NCBI GenBank assembly: GCA_034003725.1
Contig: JAVEYB010000001.1
Coordinates: 154,466 to 218,465 of the forward strand
Source: Candidatus Zixiibacteriota bacterium
GTDB taxonomy: Bacteria > Zixibacteria > MSB-5A5 > GN15 > FEB-12
Direction: 5' to 3'
Length of the DNA stretch: 64,000 nucleotides
Made by a program: the position numbers and the translations under genes. Shown here piece by piece: positions 17,245 to 26,902 of the stretch. Each line of letters begins with the position of its first letter. Position 1 is the first letter of the stretch. The notes below the pieces were generated by a model. The model saw nothing but the letters and a program-made list of their open reading frames with translations, ran no database searches and was not told the origin of the DNA.

Positions 17245-17320
17245 GTATTTTCTGGCGGCGAGTGATCACGGAAGAATCGCACACGCCGCCGCGCAACCGC
17301 GCCGGCTGTGCGGCGAACAG

Positions 17321-17800
17321 TCAGCGTCGACGCCGGTCGCGACGGCCTGATGCGGTGGTGTCTTCCGGGGTGTGAACAACGCTGACATTCGACAACGATG
17401 ACCAGTTGCCCGATTCGTCGACAGCCTTGATTCCGAAGTAGTAGGTCGTGTCCGGCCATAAGGGCAGAACCCTCGTCACGGATACTTTCGAACCCGAGGG
17501 CGACGGTGTGGGAATATTGGAAACCGGTGCGGCCCTGTCCCAGGAGGCGCGGAGTACAGCAGAATCTAACGCGTAGCGGATCTCGTATCGAGCAGCGGTC
17601 CCCACCTCGCCATCGTCGCCGACCGCCGTCCACGACAGTGTGACCCGGACGCCGTTCTGCCGTTCGGGGATATGTTCGGTCGCCTGCGAGCTGTCTGATC
17701 CGGAACCGCAGGCTACGAAAAGCGACATTGTCAAAGCGACAGCCCCTACTGAGAGAGCGCGCGTCACGAATGCGAGGTAATGTGCGTGGCGACGATGCAT
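17321..17800 (-). CDS. Lipoprotein with a fibronectin type III-like domain
   Basis: Lipobox LFVAC-GSG after a hydrophobic signal. FN3-like pattern VTLSWTAVGDDG..ARYEIRYA...YYFGIKAVDESGNWS. Confidence 0.65.
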   Translation of the reverse strand: MHRRHAHYLAFVTRALSVGAVALTMSLFVACGSGSDSSQATEHIPERQNGVRVTLSWTAVGDDGEVGTAARYEIRYALDSAVLRASWDRAAPVSNIPTPSPSGSKVSVTRVLPLWPDTTYYFGIKAVDESGNWSSLSNVSVVHTPEDTTASGRRDRRRR

Positions 17801-17927
17801 GCCGGTAGGTAACAGATTCTCGGTCGCGAAGAAAGAGTAAAAATTCGGAAGCCGAAATCAACGGGCCACTCGCTGTTCAGCGGGTGGCCCGTATGTGGGA
17901 TGCCGTTGACTCTGCGACGGATCACTT

Positions 17928-18590
17928 TCAACAGCCGGGCAGGCATGCCGCCGGAGCGGACCCGCCGAGGAACAGGAAATTGACCAGGTAGATCAGATCG
18001 GACAAGTCAATGTTACAGCCCGCGTCGCCGTTGGTGTTGGCCGATGCCTGACAGACTGGGGACGGACCACCCAGGAAAAGGAAGTTGACCAGATAGATCA
18101 AGTCGGACAAATCGACGTTCCCGCCCGCGTCATCGTTTACGTTCCCCGTATTTCCGGTGCAGCAACCGGACGATCCGCCGGCAAAATCCTGCCAGTATCC
18201 CTGATTGAGCGTATAACTGGCTGACGATGCGACGCCGACCGCTGTCTGGCCGATCGTACCGTTCATCTGGAAGCTGGCCGACGAACCCCAGCCGCCGCCT
18301 CCGCCGATCACCCACCAGTTGATCTGCTCGCCTGCCATCGGCGATTTGACTTGTTCCGTAACGACCGGCGATGTCCCGGCGGGCGAATCCGGGCGGGGTT
18401 CCGGTGACACGACGGCCGACTGTTGTTCGACCGAACCGGGCTGCGGCGCGGCTTGCTGCTGCGCCGGCGGTGCGGGCTTGCGTTTCGATTCGACAGTTCG
18501 CTCGTCAAGCGTACGATCTTTCGCGAATGCGCCGCCGACCGTCAAAGCGGTGATCGCCGCATACATCAGAAGCCGCGCTAGCGTTCTCAT
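17928..18590 (-). CDS. Secreted protein with a C-terminal dockerin-like repeat pair
   Basis: Signal peptide MRTLARLLMYAAITALTVGGAFA. Pro/Gln-rich linker. Repeats NDDAGGNVDLSDLIYLVNFLFLGG and NGDAGCNIDLSDLIYLVNFLFLGG. Confidence 0.7.
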   Translation of the reverse strand: MRTLARLLMYAAITALTVGGAFAKDRTLDERTVESKRKPAPPAQQQAAPQPGSVEQQSAVVSPEPRPDSPAGTSPVVTEQVKSPMAGEQINWWVIGGGGGWGSSASFQMNGTIGQTAVGVASSASYTLNQGYWQDFAGGSSGCCTGNTGNVNDDAGGNVDLSDLIYLVNFLFLGGPSPVCQASANTNGDAGCNIDLSDLIYLVNFLFLGGSAPAACLPGC

Positions 18591-18631
18591 ATTGTGATTT
18601 CCCTCAACAAACGTCCTGATATCGTCATTGT

Positions 18632-19675
18632 CTATTCTGTCTCATTCATTTGCGATTCCGGGATGCCGTAGGTCACCTTGTCGTCCTGGTGCTCCTGCAG
18701 TTTCAGCGGCACGCTCATCTGGAGTTCGCGTGGAGCGAACGTGGCGCTGAAGACGACATAGCCCCAGATACCCAACGCATACGCGGCGTTATTGGTATTC
18801 CCATTAAGCCAAAACGTATAATAGCCCGCACTCGGAATATCTACCGTTCTGGAGAGAGCGAAGTAATGGGTGGGATTATTGGAGCTGGCATTGTCCGCGT
18901 CCTGAGCAAATACACTCTCGTACGTTGTACCGCAATTGGCTGGACTGGAAGTCCCAGGGGCATCGCAGAGGCCGAGTCCGTATGTTACTGTGAGGCTGGA
19001 CGACGAAGTTGCATCCGCATTCAGGTAGGATTGACCGGTGGCGGTAACCCGAAGGTAACCGGGACCGGGCGCCTGGATAGTAACACCGTAAAGAGCAACC
19101 GGCAAGGTGCTGACCGTCAATGCATACCCCGGGCTCGGCGCCAGTTCCCCGATCGCGGTTGCCGCGTTGGGCGCGAGCTTATCGACCGTCACCGCCGAAT
19201 CCCGAATACTGGAACTGATCACGCCATCATCGGTGACGAAATCGGTGACCTGTGACTGAAGGGAAAGCACCGATTGCCATGCATACGGGACAGTGGTCAG
19301 GCGGGTCCGGGGGGATATCTCCGGGTCCGCCCCTACCGTAATGCCGAGAAAAGCAAGACTGTCCGAGATGAAGTCACCGTCGCCGAAGATGCCGAGATTC
19401 AGCGGGTTCATCGGAGGAGCGCCCAGACGGACCGAAAACAGGCCGTCGGTTGTCGTTACCGTGACCGGTCCACTGTCCCACAACTCGTTGGCCGGGGCGC
19501 TGGCGGTTGAATCGTTGTAGATTATGAATCGCATCCCTTTCGGACCGTCCGGCAGCGGATTGCCGCCCGCGTCGGTCAGCCGTCCCTGGTACGAAATTAC
19601 GTTGGGCACTTCGTTGGAGACGGCCGCCGAACAAAACAAAAACACTGCCGCAAGAACGACTGTCGCTTCTTTCAT
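18632..19675 (-). CDS. Secreted protein, paralog 1 of a pair sharing a conserved N-terminal module of about 120 aa
   Basis: Signal peptide MKEATVVLAAVFLFCSAAVS. N-terminal module ISYQGRLTDAGGNPLPDG..FIIYND..LWDSGPVTVTTTDGLFSV.LG, also present in 19984-21501. GGGAG Shine-Dalgarno before ATG 19675. Confidence 0.7.
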   Translation of the reverse strand: MKEATVVLAAVFLFCSAAVSNEVPNVISYQGRLTDAGGNPLPDGPKGMRFIIYNDSTASAPANELWDSGPVTVTTTDGLFSVRLGAPPMNPLNLGIFGDGDFISDSLAFLGITVGADPEISPRTRLTTVPYAWQSVLSLQSQVTDFVTDDGVISSSIRDSAVTVDKLAPNAATAIGELAPSPGYALTVSTLPVALYGVTIQAPGPGYLRVTATGQSYLNADATSSSSLTVTYGLGLCDAPGTSSPANCGTTYESVFAQDADNASSNNPTHYFALSRTVDIPSAGYYTFWLNGNTNNAAYALGIWGYVVFSATFAPRELQMSVPLKLQEHQDDKVTYGIPESQMNETE

Positions 19676-19983
19676 GGTTCCGACTCCCATGTATCAACGC
19701 CAACCAAAATGCCCGGTTGAATAAACTGCGTCTGAATGAAAGTCACATCGGCGAGTGCGTGTACTGCGGCATGCCTATACGCACAGAGTCGGCGTGCGTA
19801 CGTTCGCGGCCGGTGTGAGTATTAATCCGAGATATCCTCTGAAAGACACGCGCCCCGTGTCGAGGCCGGACCGGCGGCGATGTGCGTCGGTCGTTCCTCT
19901 CAGTACACAGTATATATATCACCGATGCTGCCGGCAAGTTAAAAATCTACCAAATGCGTCCATAAACGGTGGGGAAGGTTCCC

Positions 19984-21501
19984 TTACTTGTCGTCGCTAT
20001 CACCCGCGTCACGCATCCGCCGTTCCTGCTCCATTCGCAGGTCCATCTCTGCACGATCAGCCTCAGCCCGGGCTCTTTCCAGCTCCGCCCGTGCGCGAGC
20101 TGCCCGGAGCTCCAATTCACGAAGGTCAACTTCGTACAGGTTGTCCGCGTTCGGCGCCTTGTGGACCGACGGCACATTCGACGGTCCAAGCAGTACGACT
20201 GACTCAAACCCGCCCGTCCCGGACGACGATGCCAGTGTCGTCACCGAACCGTACGACGTCGGCAGGAAGATCGCCGTAAGCGAGGGAAACCAGACCGCCA
20301 CCACACCATTGTTCGTCCAGCGCCTCCCCTCGAGACGGAAGGTGTACGTGCCCGCGCTCTTGAAATACACCCGCTGATTGGAGTTACTATAGTAGTTGGT
20401 TTGCGTACTAAAAAAACCATCGGCCCCACTGAATGAGTAGTACGGCGACTGGATGCTGCCTCCCGCCGTTTCGTCTATCTGAATATAGCCGCCCTGGTTG
20501 GCCGTCGTGTTACTTGATACGACCCAGCAGTGTGCCTGCAGGAAAATGTACCCTTCCGTCGGCGTTGTGATCGTGACGGTTGTCAAATCCTGCATGGTGG
20601 TCGAACTGTTAAGCTCGATAATATTGCCGGACCGATTGGCGGCAAGGCCGGGCTCGTTTACCAGTTCGTTTGAGTTGATAGCGTTGGGCGGAAGCACCGT
20701 GGACGCATCTCCAGACAGAACCCCCAGAAACTGGTGAGTATAGGTTCCCGCGGTGTCTACCATCCGCAGTGAACTCACTCCTGACGGTGATCCCCCGAGC
20801 GCGATAACGCCACCGAGTGTCGTGGGATTGTAGAGCTGAAGAGACCCGCCGAGCGACGCGCCGGAGCTTAAAAACGCCGTATTCTGATCCGAGATGTCAT
20901 ACAGGAAGATCGAGCCATACTGCGAACTGGACAGCCAGGCCTTTATGTTCCCCTGGTACCTCATTGCGATATTGGAGTGGTCGGCCTGGTTCAGCAGCTG
21001 GAGGTTCGCGAGGTGCGCGGGACCGTCAAACTGTAAGTCGCCGGTTATCACGTCACCGGTATCATTGACATACTGATCGTCGGTCAGTTCTTCCGCGGAC
21101 CCGGCATGCATGGCGTACGGTACCGCGGCAACGCGTGTTCTCGGACTTAGCTCAGGATCGGCACCAACGGTGATGCCGAGCCAGGTCATAGAATCCGCAA
21201 ACAGGTCGGACGGAAAGGACGGCATAGGGGCTTCGCCGAGCGTGACCGAGAAAAGGCCGTCAGTCGTCGTCACACTGGTGGGGCCGCTGTCCCAGAGGAC
21301 GTTGACCGGGTTCGAGGAGGTCGGATCGTTGTAAATGACAAAACGAACACCCTTCGAACCGTCTGGCAGCGCCGTCCCCGTCGCGTCCGTCAGTCGTCCC
21401 TGATAGCTGAACCGGTTGGGCACGTCCGCTTTCGACCAATCGAGTGCGGCGACGACCAGAAGCAGTGCGAACGCCGTTTTTCGCAGACAACTCACGATCA
21501 T
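19984..21501 (-). CDS. Secreted protein, paralog 2 (505 aa) with a C-terminal charged coiled-coil tail
   Basis: AGGAG Shine-Dalgarno before ATG 21501 (MIVSCLRKTAFALLLVVAALDWSKA). N-terminal module FSYQGRLTDATGTALPDG..FVIYND..LWDSGPTSVTTTDGLFSVTLG. Tail DLRELELRAARARAELERARAEADRAEMDL. Confidence 0.7.
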   Translation of the reverse strand: MIVSCLRKTAFALLLVVAALDWSKADVPNRFSYQGRLTDATGTALPDGSKGVRFVIYNDPTSSNPVNVLWDSGPTSVTTTDGLFSVTLGEAPMPSFPSDLFADSMTWLGITVGADPELSPRTRVAAVPYAMHAGSAEELTDDQYVNDTGDVITGDLQFDGPAHLANLQLLNQADHSNIAMRYQGNIKAWLSSSQYGSIFLYDISDQNTAFLSSGASLGGSLQLYNPTTLGGVIALGGSPSGVSSLRMVDTAGTYTHQFLGVLSGDASTVLPPNAINSNELVNEPGLAANRSGNIIELNSSTTMQDLTTVTITTPTEGYIFLQAHCWVVSSNTTANQGGYIQIDETAGGSIQSPYYSFSGADGFFSTQTNYYSNSNQRVYFKSAGTYTFRLEGRRWTNNGVVAVWFPSLTAIFLPTSYGSVTTLASSSGTGGFESVVLLGPSNVPSVHKAPNADNLYEVDLRELELRAARARAELERARAEADRAEMDLRMEQERRMRDAGDSDDK

Positions 21502-21877
21502 AGCTGATACTCCTGTACAGAGGTGTGTCCGGCGTTGTGCACGCACACGCCGGAGGTCAGCCGTTCGACGGAACTGCACGGAAGAAATCCGGCCCGTCAG
21601 TCCCGAGCACGGCGCAGTACGACATCGTTTGTGGATCTGTGGGCTGTCTGCCGTCGCCCCCCGGCAAAGTGGATGAGAGTCTTCGATGGCGCCTGTGGTT
21701 AACACCACAGGCGGCCCGCGCGAACCTCCATCAATATACGGGACGCCTGGCTAAAGACAAGTAAATATACCGTATTAGTCCATAAATAAGACCTACCGTC
21801 CCTGGCCCGGTGGGTCGGGCCAGGCGCCTTCGCAGTCTGCGCGAGCCGGTCTTGTCAGGACGGTCTTATCAGTTCGC

Positions 21878-23002
21878 TCAACCAAACGTCGCCAGCAGGA
21901 CGCCGGCGGCGACGGCCGAACCGATCACGCCCGCCACATTGGGCGCCATGGCATGCATGATCAGGTAGTTGAAAGGATCTTCGCGGGCCCCGATCACCTG
22001 GCAAACCCGCGCCGAGTGTGGAACAGCGGAGACGCCCGCCGCACCGATGATAGGGTTGATCTTGTTCTTCAGAAACAGATTCATCAGCTTGGCGAAGAGC
22101 ACGCCCGACGCCGTCGCTAAGGCAAACGACGCCGCGCCAAGCCCGAAAATCTTGATCGAGTCGGGCGTCAGAAACCGACTGGCGTCGGTCGAAGCCCCGA
22201 CGGTCAAACCGAGCAGGATCGTGATGATGTCGATAAAAGCGGTACGCGCGGTGGCGGCAAGTCGCTCGGTGACGCCGGATTCCTTCAGCAAGTTTCCGAA
22301 AAACAGGAAGCCGAGCAGGTTAAGCGCGCCGGGCGCGGCAAACGCCGTGATAAGAAAGGCGATAATCGGAAAAAGTATCCGCAGCCGCTTGCTGACCGGC
22401 TTTGCGGGCGGCATGCGGATGAGGCGCTCCTTCTTAGTCGTCAGCAGCATGATGATCGGCGGCTGGATCACCGGCACCAGCGCCATGTACGAGTATGCCG
22501 AAACGGCGATCGCCCCGAGCAGATGGGGTGCAAGTTTCGACGCCAGGAAAATCGCAGTCGGACCGTCCGCCCCGCCGATAATACCGATTGCCGCCGCATC
22601 GGTAACCGAGAAGCCGAGCATCACGGCCGCGATGATGGTCAGGAATATGCCCGCCTGCGCGGCGGCGCCGAGCAGGATCAGCCGCGGACTGGCGAGCATG
22701 CACGAAAAGTCGGTCATCGCGCCGATCCCGAGAAAGATCAGCGGCGGATACCACCCCTGTGTGACGCCCTGGTACAATATCGACAGCACGCTGCCTTCTT
22801 CGTAGATGCTGAGAAGCTCCCCCCACCGCAGCGGAATATTGCCCACCAGCATGCCGAACCCGATCGGGACCAGCAGGAGCGGCTCATAGTTCCTGGAGAT
22901 ACCAAGGTAGATGAAGCAGCAGCCGATGATGAGCATGCTCAGGTTGCCCCACGTGAAGTTGTATATCGCGCCGGCCTGCAGGAATTCGAGGAAGGTTTCC
23001 AT
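21878..23002 (-). CDS. Na+-translocating decarboxylase beta subunit (OadB/MmdB/GcdB family)
   Basis: Polytopic membrane protein starting METFLEFLQAGAIYNFTWGNLSMLIIG..YEPLLLVPIGFGML, which is typical of this family. Last gene of the decarboxylase operon. Confidence 0.9.
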   Translation of the reverse strand: METFLEFLQAGAIYNFTWGNLSMLIIGCCFIYLGISRNYEPLLLVPIGFGMLVGNIPLRWGELLSIYEEGSVLSILYQGVTQGWYPPLIFLGIGAMTDFSCMLASPRLILLGAAAQAGIFLTIIAAVMLGFSVTDAAAIGIIGGADGPTAIFLASKLAPHLLGAIAVSAYSYMALVPVIQPPIIMLLTTKKERLIRMPPAKPVSKRLRILFPIIAFLITAFAAPGALNLLGFLFFGNLLKESGVTERLAATARTAFIDIITILLGLTVGASTDASRFLTPDSIKIFGLGAASFALATASGVLFAKLMNLFLKNKINPIIGAAGVSAVPHSARVCQVIGAREDPFNYLIMHAMAPNVAGVIGSAVAAGVLLATFG

Positions 23003-23030
23003 AGATTCTCTCGATACGGCCGCGGGGCCG

Positions 23031-23423
23031 TTATTCGAATACCACCAGCATCTGGTTTTCGCGCACCGAATCACCCACGGCTATCGGAATGCTTTTCACC
23101 TTTCCGGCGGCGGGCGCGGCGATTGACGTCTTCATCTTCATCGCTTCGATCATCAGCAGCACCTGTCCCTTTGCGACCGAATCACCAACCTTGCACTTGA
23201 TCTCGACAATGGTGCCCGCGATCGGCGAGGCGACACCACCCTGATTCGACGACGCGGTGTCCGGCGCGGCGGGTCGTGCGGCCGGATCAGCCGATGGCTG
23301 AGGCTGCGCGGATTTCGAGCGGGGCCGGGGGACCGGAGCCGAAGCAGGGAATCCCTCGCCCGCGTCCAGTACATCCACATCGACTTCGTATGCCACACCA
23401 TGAACCGTTATTCTGAGTTTCAC
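23031..23423 (-). CDS. Biotin carboxyl carrier subunit of the decarboxylase (MmdC/OadA-C-terminal type)
   Basis: C-terminal biotinyl domain with the EAMKMKT biotinylation motif. Ala/Pro-rich linker. Confidence 0.85.
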   Translation of the reverse strand: MKLRITVHGVAYEVDVDVLDAGEGFPASAPVPRPRSKSAQPQPSADPAARPAAPDTASSNQGGVASPIAGTIVEIKCKVGDSVAKGQVLLMIEAMKMKTSIAAPAAGKVKSIPIAVGDSVRENQMLVVFE

Positions 23424-23490
23424 GATTGCGCTCCTGGACGAGTCTACATCTTACCGAATTGTTTTCAGCGATACCATCTATCTATGAACG

Positions 23491-23835
23491 TCACCGTTTC
23501 TTGGGAATCACGTGTGAACCATGCAAAATGGCGCGCCCCTGCATCGACCAAACGCCCGTCTGCGCGGTGCTCGGCATGAGGCGGCGGACGCGACGAATAT
23601 AGAACCGTCCCTGGATCATGGTGGCGCATGCCGCAGCGATCAGCACCAGGGTCGTGCTATCGATGGTGGGTTCCCGCTCGGTCGCCTCTTCCTCGGCGCG
23701 TTTTTCGTTTGCCTGCCAGCGCTGATCGACCAGCCGGATCAATGACACCGAGCCGGTTATAATCCACAGGACGCCCAGGACGATGCTCACGCCGATCACG
23801 GTCAGTTCAAGGCCGAATCTCAATTCCTCGCTCAT
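23491..23835 (-). CDS. Small membrane subunit of the decarboxylase (OadG/MmdD-like)
   Basis: N-terminal single TM helix LELTVIGVSIVLGVLWII. Sits between the carboxyltransferase and biotin carrier genes, as in mmd/oad operons. Confidence 0.55.
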   Translation of the reverse strand: MSEELRFGLELTVIGVSIVLGVLWIITGSVSLIRLVDQRWQANEKRAEEEATEREPTIDSTTLVLIAAACATMIQGRFYIRRVRRLMPSTAQTGVWSMQGRAILHGSHVIPKKR

Positions 23836-23847
23836 TGGTCGTCTTCC

Positions 23848-25398
23848 CTACAGCGGAATCAGCCCGTGCTTCTTCTGCGGACGGAGTTCCCGTTTGGCCT
23901 TCAGGACTTCGAGCGCCTGTGCGACATAGGGACGGGTTTCGGCGGGTTCGACGATTTCGTCGACCAGCCCGTGACCGGCCGCCACATACGGGTTGGCGAA
24001 TATGTCTTTGTATTCCTGAATCTTGTCCTTGCGCGCCTGCTCCGCATCGGCAGCGTCGGCGATTTCCTTGCGATATAACACCCCGACCGCGCCTTCCGCT
24101 CCCATGACGGCGATTTCCGCCGACGGCCACGCGATCAGCGTGTCCGCTCCCATGCTTTTCGCGCACATGGCGAGGTACGCACCACCGTACGCCTTGCGGA
24201 CCACGGTCGTGATTTTCGGTACGGTTGCCGATGCGTACGCGAACAGCATCTTGGCGCCGTGCCTGATGATGCCGCTGTACTCCTGCTGCACGCCGGGCAT
24301 GAAGCCCGGTACATCGACAAACGTCAGGATCGGAATATTGAACGCGTTGCAGAAGCGGATAAAGCGCGATGCTTTGTCGGAGGAGTCGATGTCAAGCACC
24401 CCGGCCTTGACCATGGGCTGGTTCGCCACGATGCCAACCGTGTACCCGGTCAGTCGACCAAACCCGACAATGATGTTCGGAGCGAAATGCTCCTGGACTT
24501 CGAGGAAATCTCCCTGGTCGACGATGCGGGTGATGACGTCATGCATGTCGTATGGCTCGGACGAGTCCTCCGGGACGACGCTGTTGAGCGACTCATCCGC
24601 AAACACCTCTTCCTCGTGCAGGTCCGCCCGGAACGGGGGATCCTCGGTGTTGTTGCTGGGCAAAAACGACAGAATGCGCCGAGTCAGATTTATCGCATCT
24701 TCGTCGTCCTCGGCGACGAAATGCACGACGCCCGAATAGTGGGCGGTACTTTCGACGCCGCCGAGTTGCTCGGCGGTAATCTCCTCGCCGGTCACCTGTT
24801 TGATTACCAGCGGACCGGTGATGTACATCTGCCCTACGCTGCGTACCTGGATGATAAAGTCAGTGAGCGCGGGCGAATATGCAGCGCCGCCGGCGCACGG
24901 GCCCGCGATAATGCTGATCTGCGGCACCACGCCCGAGAGCAGCACGTTGCGGTAGAAGATTTGACCGTATCCGGAAAGCGAATCAACCCCTTCCTGGATA
25001 CGCGCGCCCCCGCCGTCGTTGATCATCACGAACGGGTCGCCCGTCTTCAATGCGGCATCCATCGCCTCACGAATCTTTCTCCCGGTCATTTCACCGACCG
25101 ATCCGCCCGCTACAGTGAAGTCCTGACTGGCCACATACACGGGGCGACCATCACAGATTCCGTGGCCGGTCACTACGCCCTCTCCCGGGAAGTCCTTGTC
25201 GGCCATGCCGAATGCAGTACATCGGTGTTTTATCCACAGCAGCGACTCGCGAAACGTCCCTTCCTCGAACAGCAGGTCAATTCGTTCCCTCGCCGTCAGC
25301 TTGCCGATTTCGTGCTGCTTGGCTACGCGGTCGGGCCCCCCGCCCTGGCTGAGTTTCGCCCGTCGTTTTCTCAGATCGGTTATTTTGGACTTCGTCAT
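23848..25398 (-). CDS. Acyl-CoA carboxyltransferase subunit (methylmalonyl-CoA decarboxylase alpha / propionyl-CoA carboxylase beta family)
   Basis: 516 aa. N-terminus LRKRRAKLSQGGGPDRVAKQHEIGKLTARERIDLLFEEGTF and internal GGSVGEM, PQISIIAGPCAGGAAYSPALTDF and GIIRHGAKMLFAY are hallmarks of the family. Confidence 0.9.
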   Translation of the reverse strand: MTKSKITDLRKRRAKLSQGGGPDRVAKQHEIGKLTARERIDLLFEEGTFRESLLWIKHRCTAFGMADKDFPGEGVVTGHGICDGRPVYVASQDFTVAGGSVGEMTGRKIREAMDAALKTGDPFVMINDGGGARIQEGVDSLSGYGQIFYRNVLLSGVVPQISIIAGPCAGGAAYSPALTDFIIQVRSVGQMYITGPLVIKQVTGEEITAEQLGGVESTAHYSGVVHFVAEDDEDAINLTRRILSFLPSNNTEDPPFRADLHEEEVFADESLNSVVPEDSSEPYDMHDVITRIVDQGDFLEVQEHFAPNIIVGFGRLTGYTVGIVANQPMVKAGVLDIDSSDKASRFIRFCNAFNIPILTFVDVPGFMPGVQQEYSGIIRHGAKMLFAYASATVPKITTVVRKAYGGAYLAMCAKSMGADTLIAWPSAEIAVMGAEGAVGVLYRKEIADAADAEQARKDKIQEYKDIFANPYVAAGHGLVDEIVEPAETRPYVAQALEVLKAKRELRPQKKHGLIPL

Positions 25399-26215
25399 AT
25401 GCGCATCACCCTACTGGCTGAATTCTCCAATCCATTCGCCACGGCTTTTCGCTGTAAAATTCGCCGGAGAATAGCATAAACAGCCGACATTCGGAAGGCT
25501 TTTTTTCTTTTTCTGAAGTGCGACCGCAAAATGGACCATTACAGGCCATATTAACACTCGGGCGGTGTTTTCTCGCAGACGGAAAGCTGCCGGCGAGCCT
25601 TCTCCAGGCGGCGGGATAGCGCATCGATACTCCAGGCGCACGTGCTTCAGCGACAGCCCCTTAGCGAGCGGCCGAAATGGCGGTTCAGGTTTGATTAGGA
25701 GGCGTATTGTTTGAGCCGATATACACCTCACACCCGCCAGTGGAAAAACGCCGCCGGCTCAGACCAAACGCATGGTACCGCATCTACCCGTCGTGGATTT
25801 CGCCGCATTCGGACCGGGCTCGTTGTAGCCGTTCGGCGGACAGCGAAGCTGCGCCGACAAGTCCGCCTATCGCTGCAGGAGACCGGTTTTTTCGATGTGC
25901 AGAAGCCTGACTCGCAACTTCAATCTCGGATCGAAACGCCGGCCCCGATACCTGATCGCTCCATCGTCCGACTCACGCACCCGTACCGGGGCATTTGACC
26001 GTCAGTACGATGCGGTACGATCGTTCGATTCAATTGCCGACGTGGTCACGATTCGCCGAGTGGTATCCCTCGACAAAGCCGAGCCGTTTCGGCCCGAACA
26101 GATCACCGGTCCGGCCGACCGAATCGCCTGGCTGCGAGACCGATGGATATGAAGAAAACGCGCGGCCGGGCAGACTGTCCGACCACGCGTTCTGAGGAAG
26201 CTGTCTCGGCAGCTT

Positions 26216-26683
26216 TTACCGGGCCAGCGCCCGGAAATCGAGTTTCCCTTCACCGGGATTCTGAATCCACCCCATAGCGCACCGCTCATCGACACGAACC
26301 GAATCGCGCCAGAAGAAGTCTGCGTCGCTGCCTTCGGCGAACGCCATCCAGACGTTGGTGGCGTTGCCATCGGCCATGCTCCAACCGATCTCTTTCGATC
26401 CGAGCGTGGGATTGTTGATCAACTTGCCGTTATAGTAGACGTCACCGTGGGGAGTCACTTCCATCGGGATAGCATACCGCCACAGGCCGTTGGCGCCGCC
26501 CCAACGGTGATTGGTTACATAGCTGTCGACTGTATTGGCAACCGCGGGATTGATCTGTGCGGCGCCGCCGGAATTAACCGGGTTTTTGTCGTCGTCGCTG
26601 CTGCACGAGACGCACAACATCGAAACTGCGGCCAGGCCGAGCACGAGGGCGGCCGTTCTGGTGATTCGGGTCATTGATTTCAT
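26216..26683 (-). CDS. Hypothetical lipoprotein
   Basis: AGGAGA Shine-Dalgarno before ATG 26683. Signal plus lipobox MLCVSC-SSDDD. No recognisable domain. Confidence 0.55.
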   Translation of the reverse strand: MKSMTRITRTAALVLGLAAVSMLCVSCSSDDDKNPVNSGGAAQINPAVANTVDSYVTNHRWGGANGLWRYAIPMEVTPHGDVYYNGKLINNPTLGSKEIGWSMADGNATNVWMAFAEGSDADFFWRDSVRVDERCAMGWIQNPGEGKLDFRALAR

Positions 26684-26902
26684 GATCGTCTCCTTTTTTT
26701 CAGTTTGTCGGGTCTGTTTTTTGTTCCTGCCCAGTACGCGCAGGATGTCCGCAGAGGCGATCATGGATTTAATCAGGAGATGTTAGAAAAAGAGCGGAGG
26801 CGGACGCCTCTCGCTCTTCAAAACCGGATTCGGCGCCAATTCAGGGGCTTGCCCTGCCGGGCGATCCCGAACCGAATGGCAACTGCGGAGGGCTGTGGGG
26901 TG

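Noticed and set aside
21801-21824. Hairpin cctggcccg-gtgggt-cgggccagg downstream of the decarboxylase beta-subunit gene, considered as an intrinsic terminator.
   Set aside because: The stem is good, but no U tract follows on the minus strand. It is not reported as a feature, although it could still be a Rho-dependent or stabilising element.
25711-25998. 95-aa TTG-start ORF with a TAGGAGG box upstream.
   Set aside because: The product is strongly basic and Arg-rich with no recognisable motif. A TTG start plus a single Shine-Dalgarno match is insufficient. It is kept only as part of the non-coding-gap finding.
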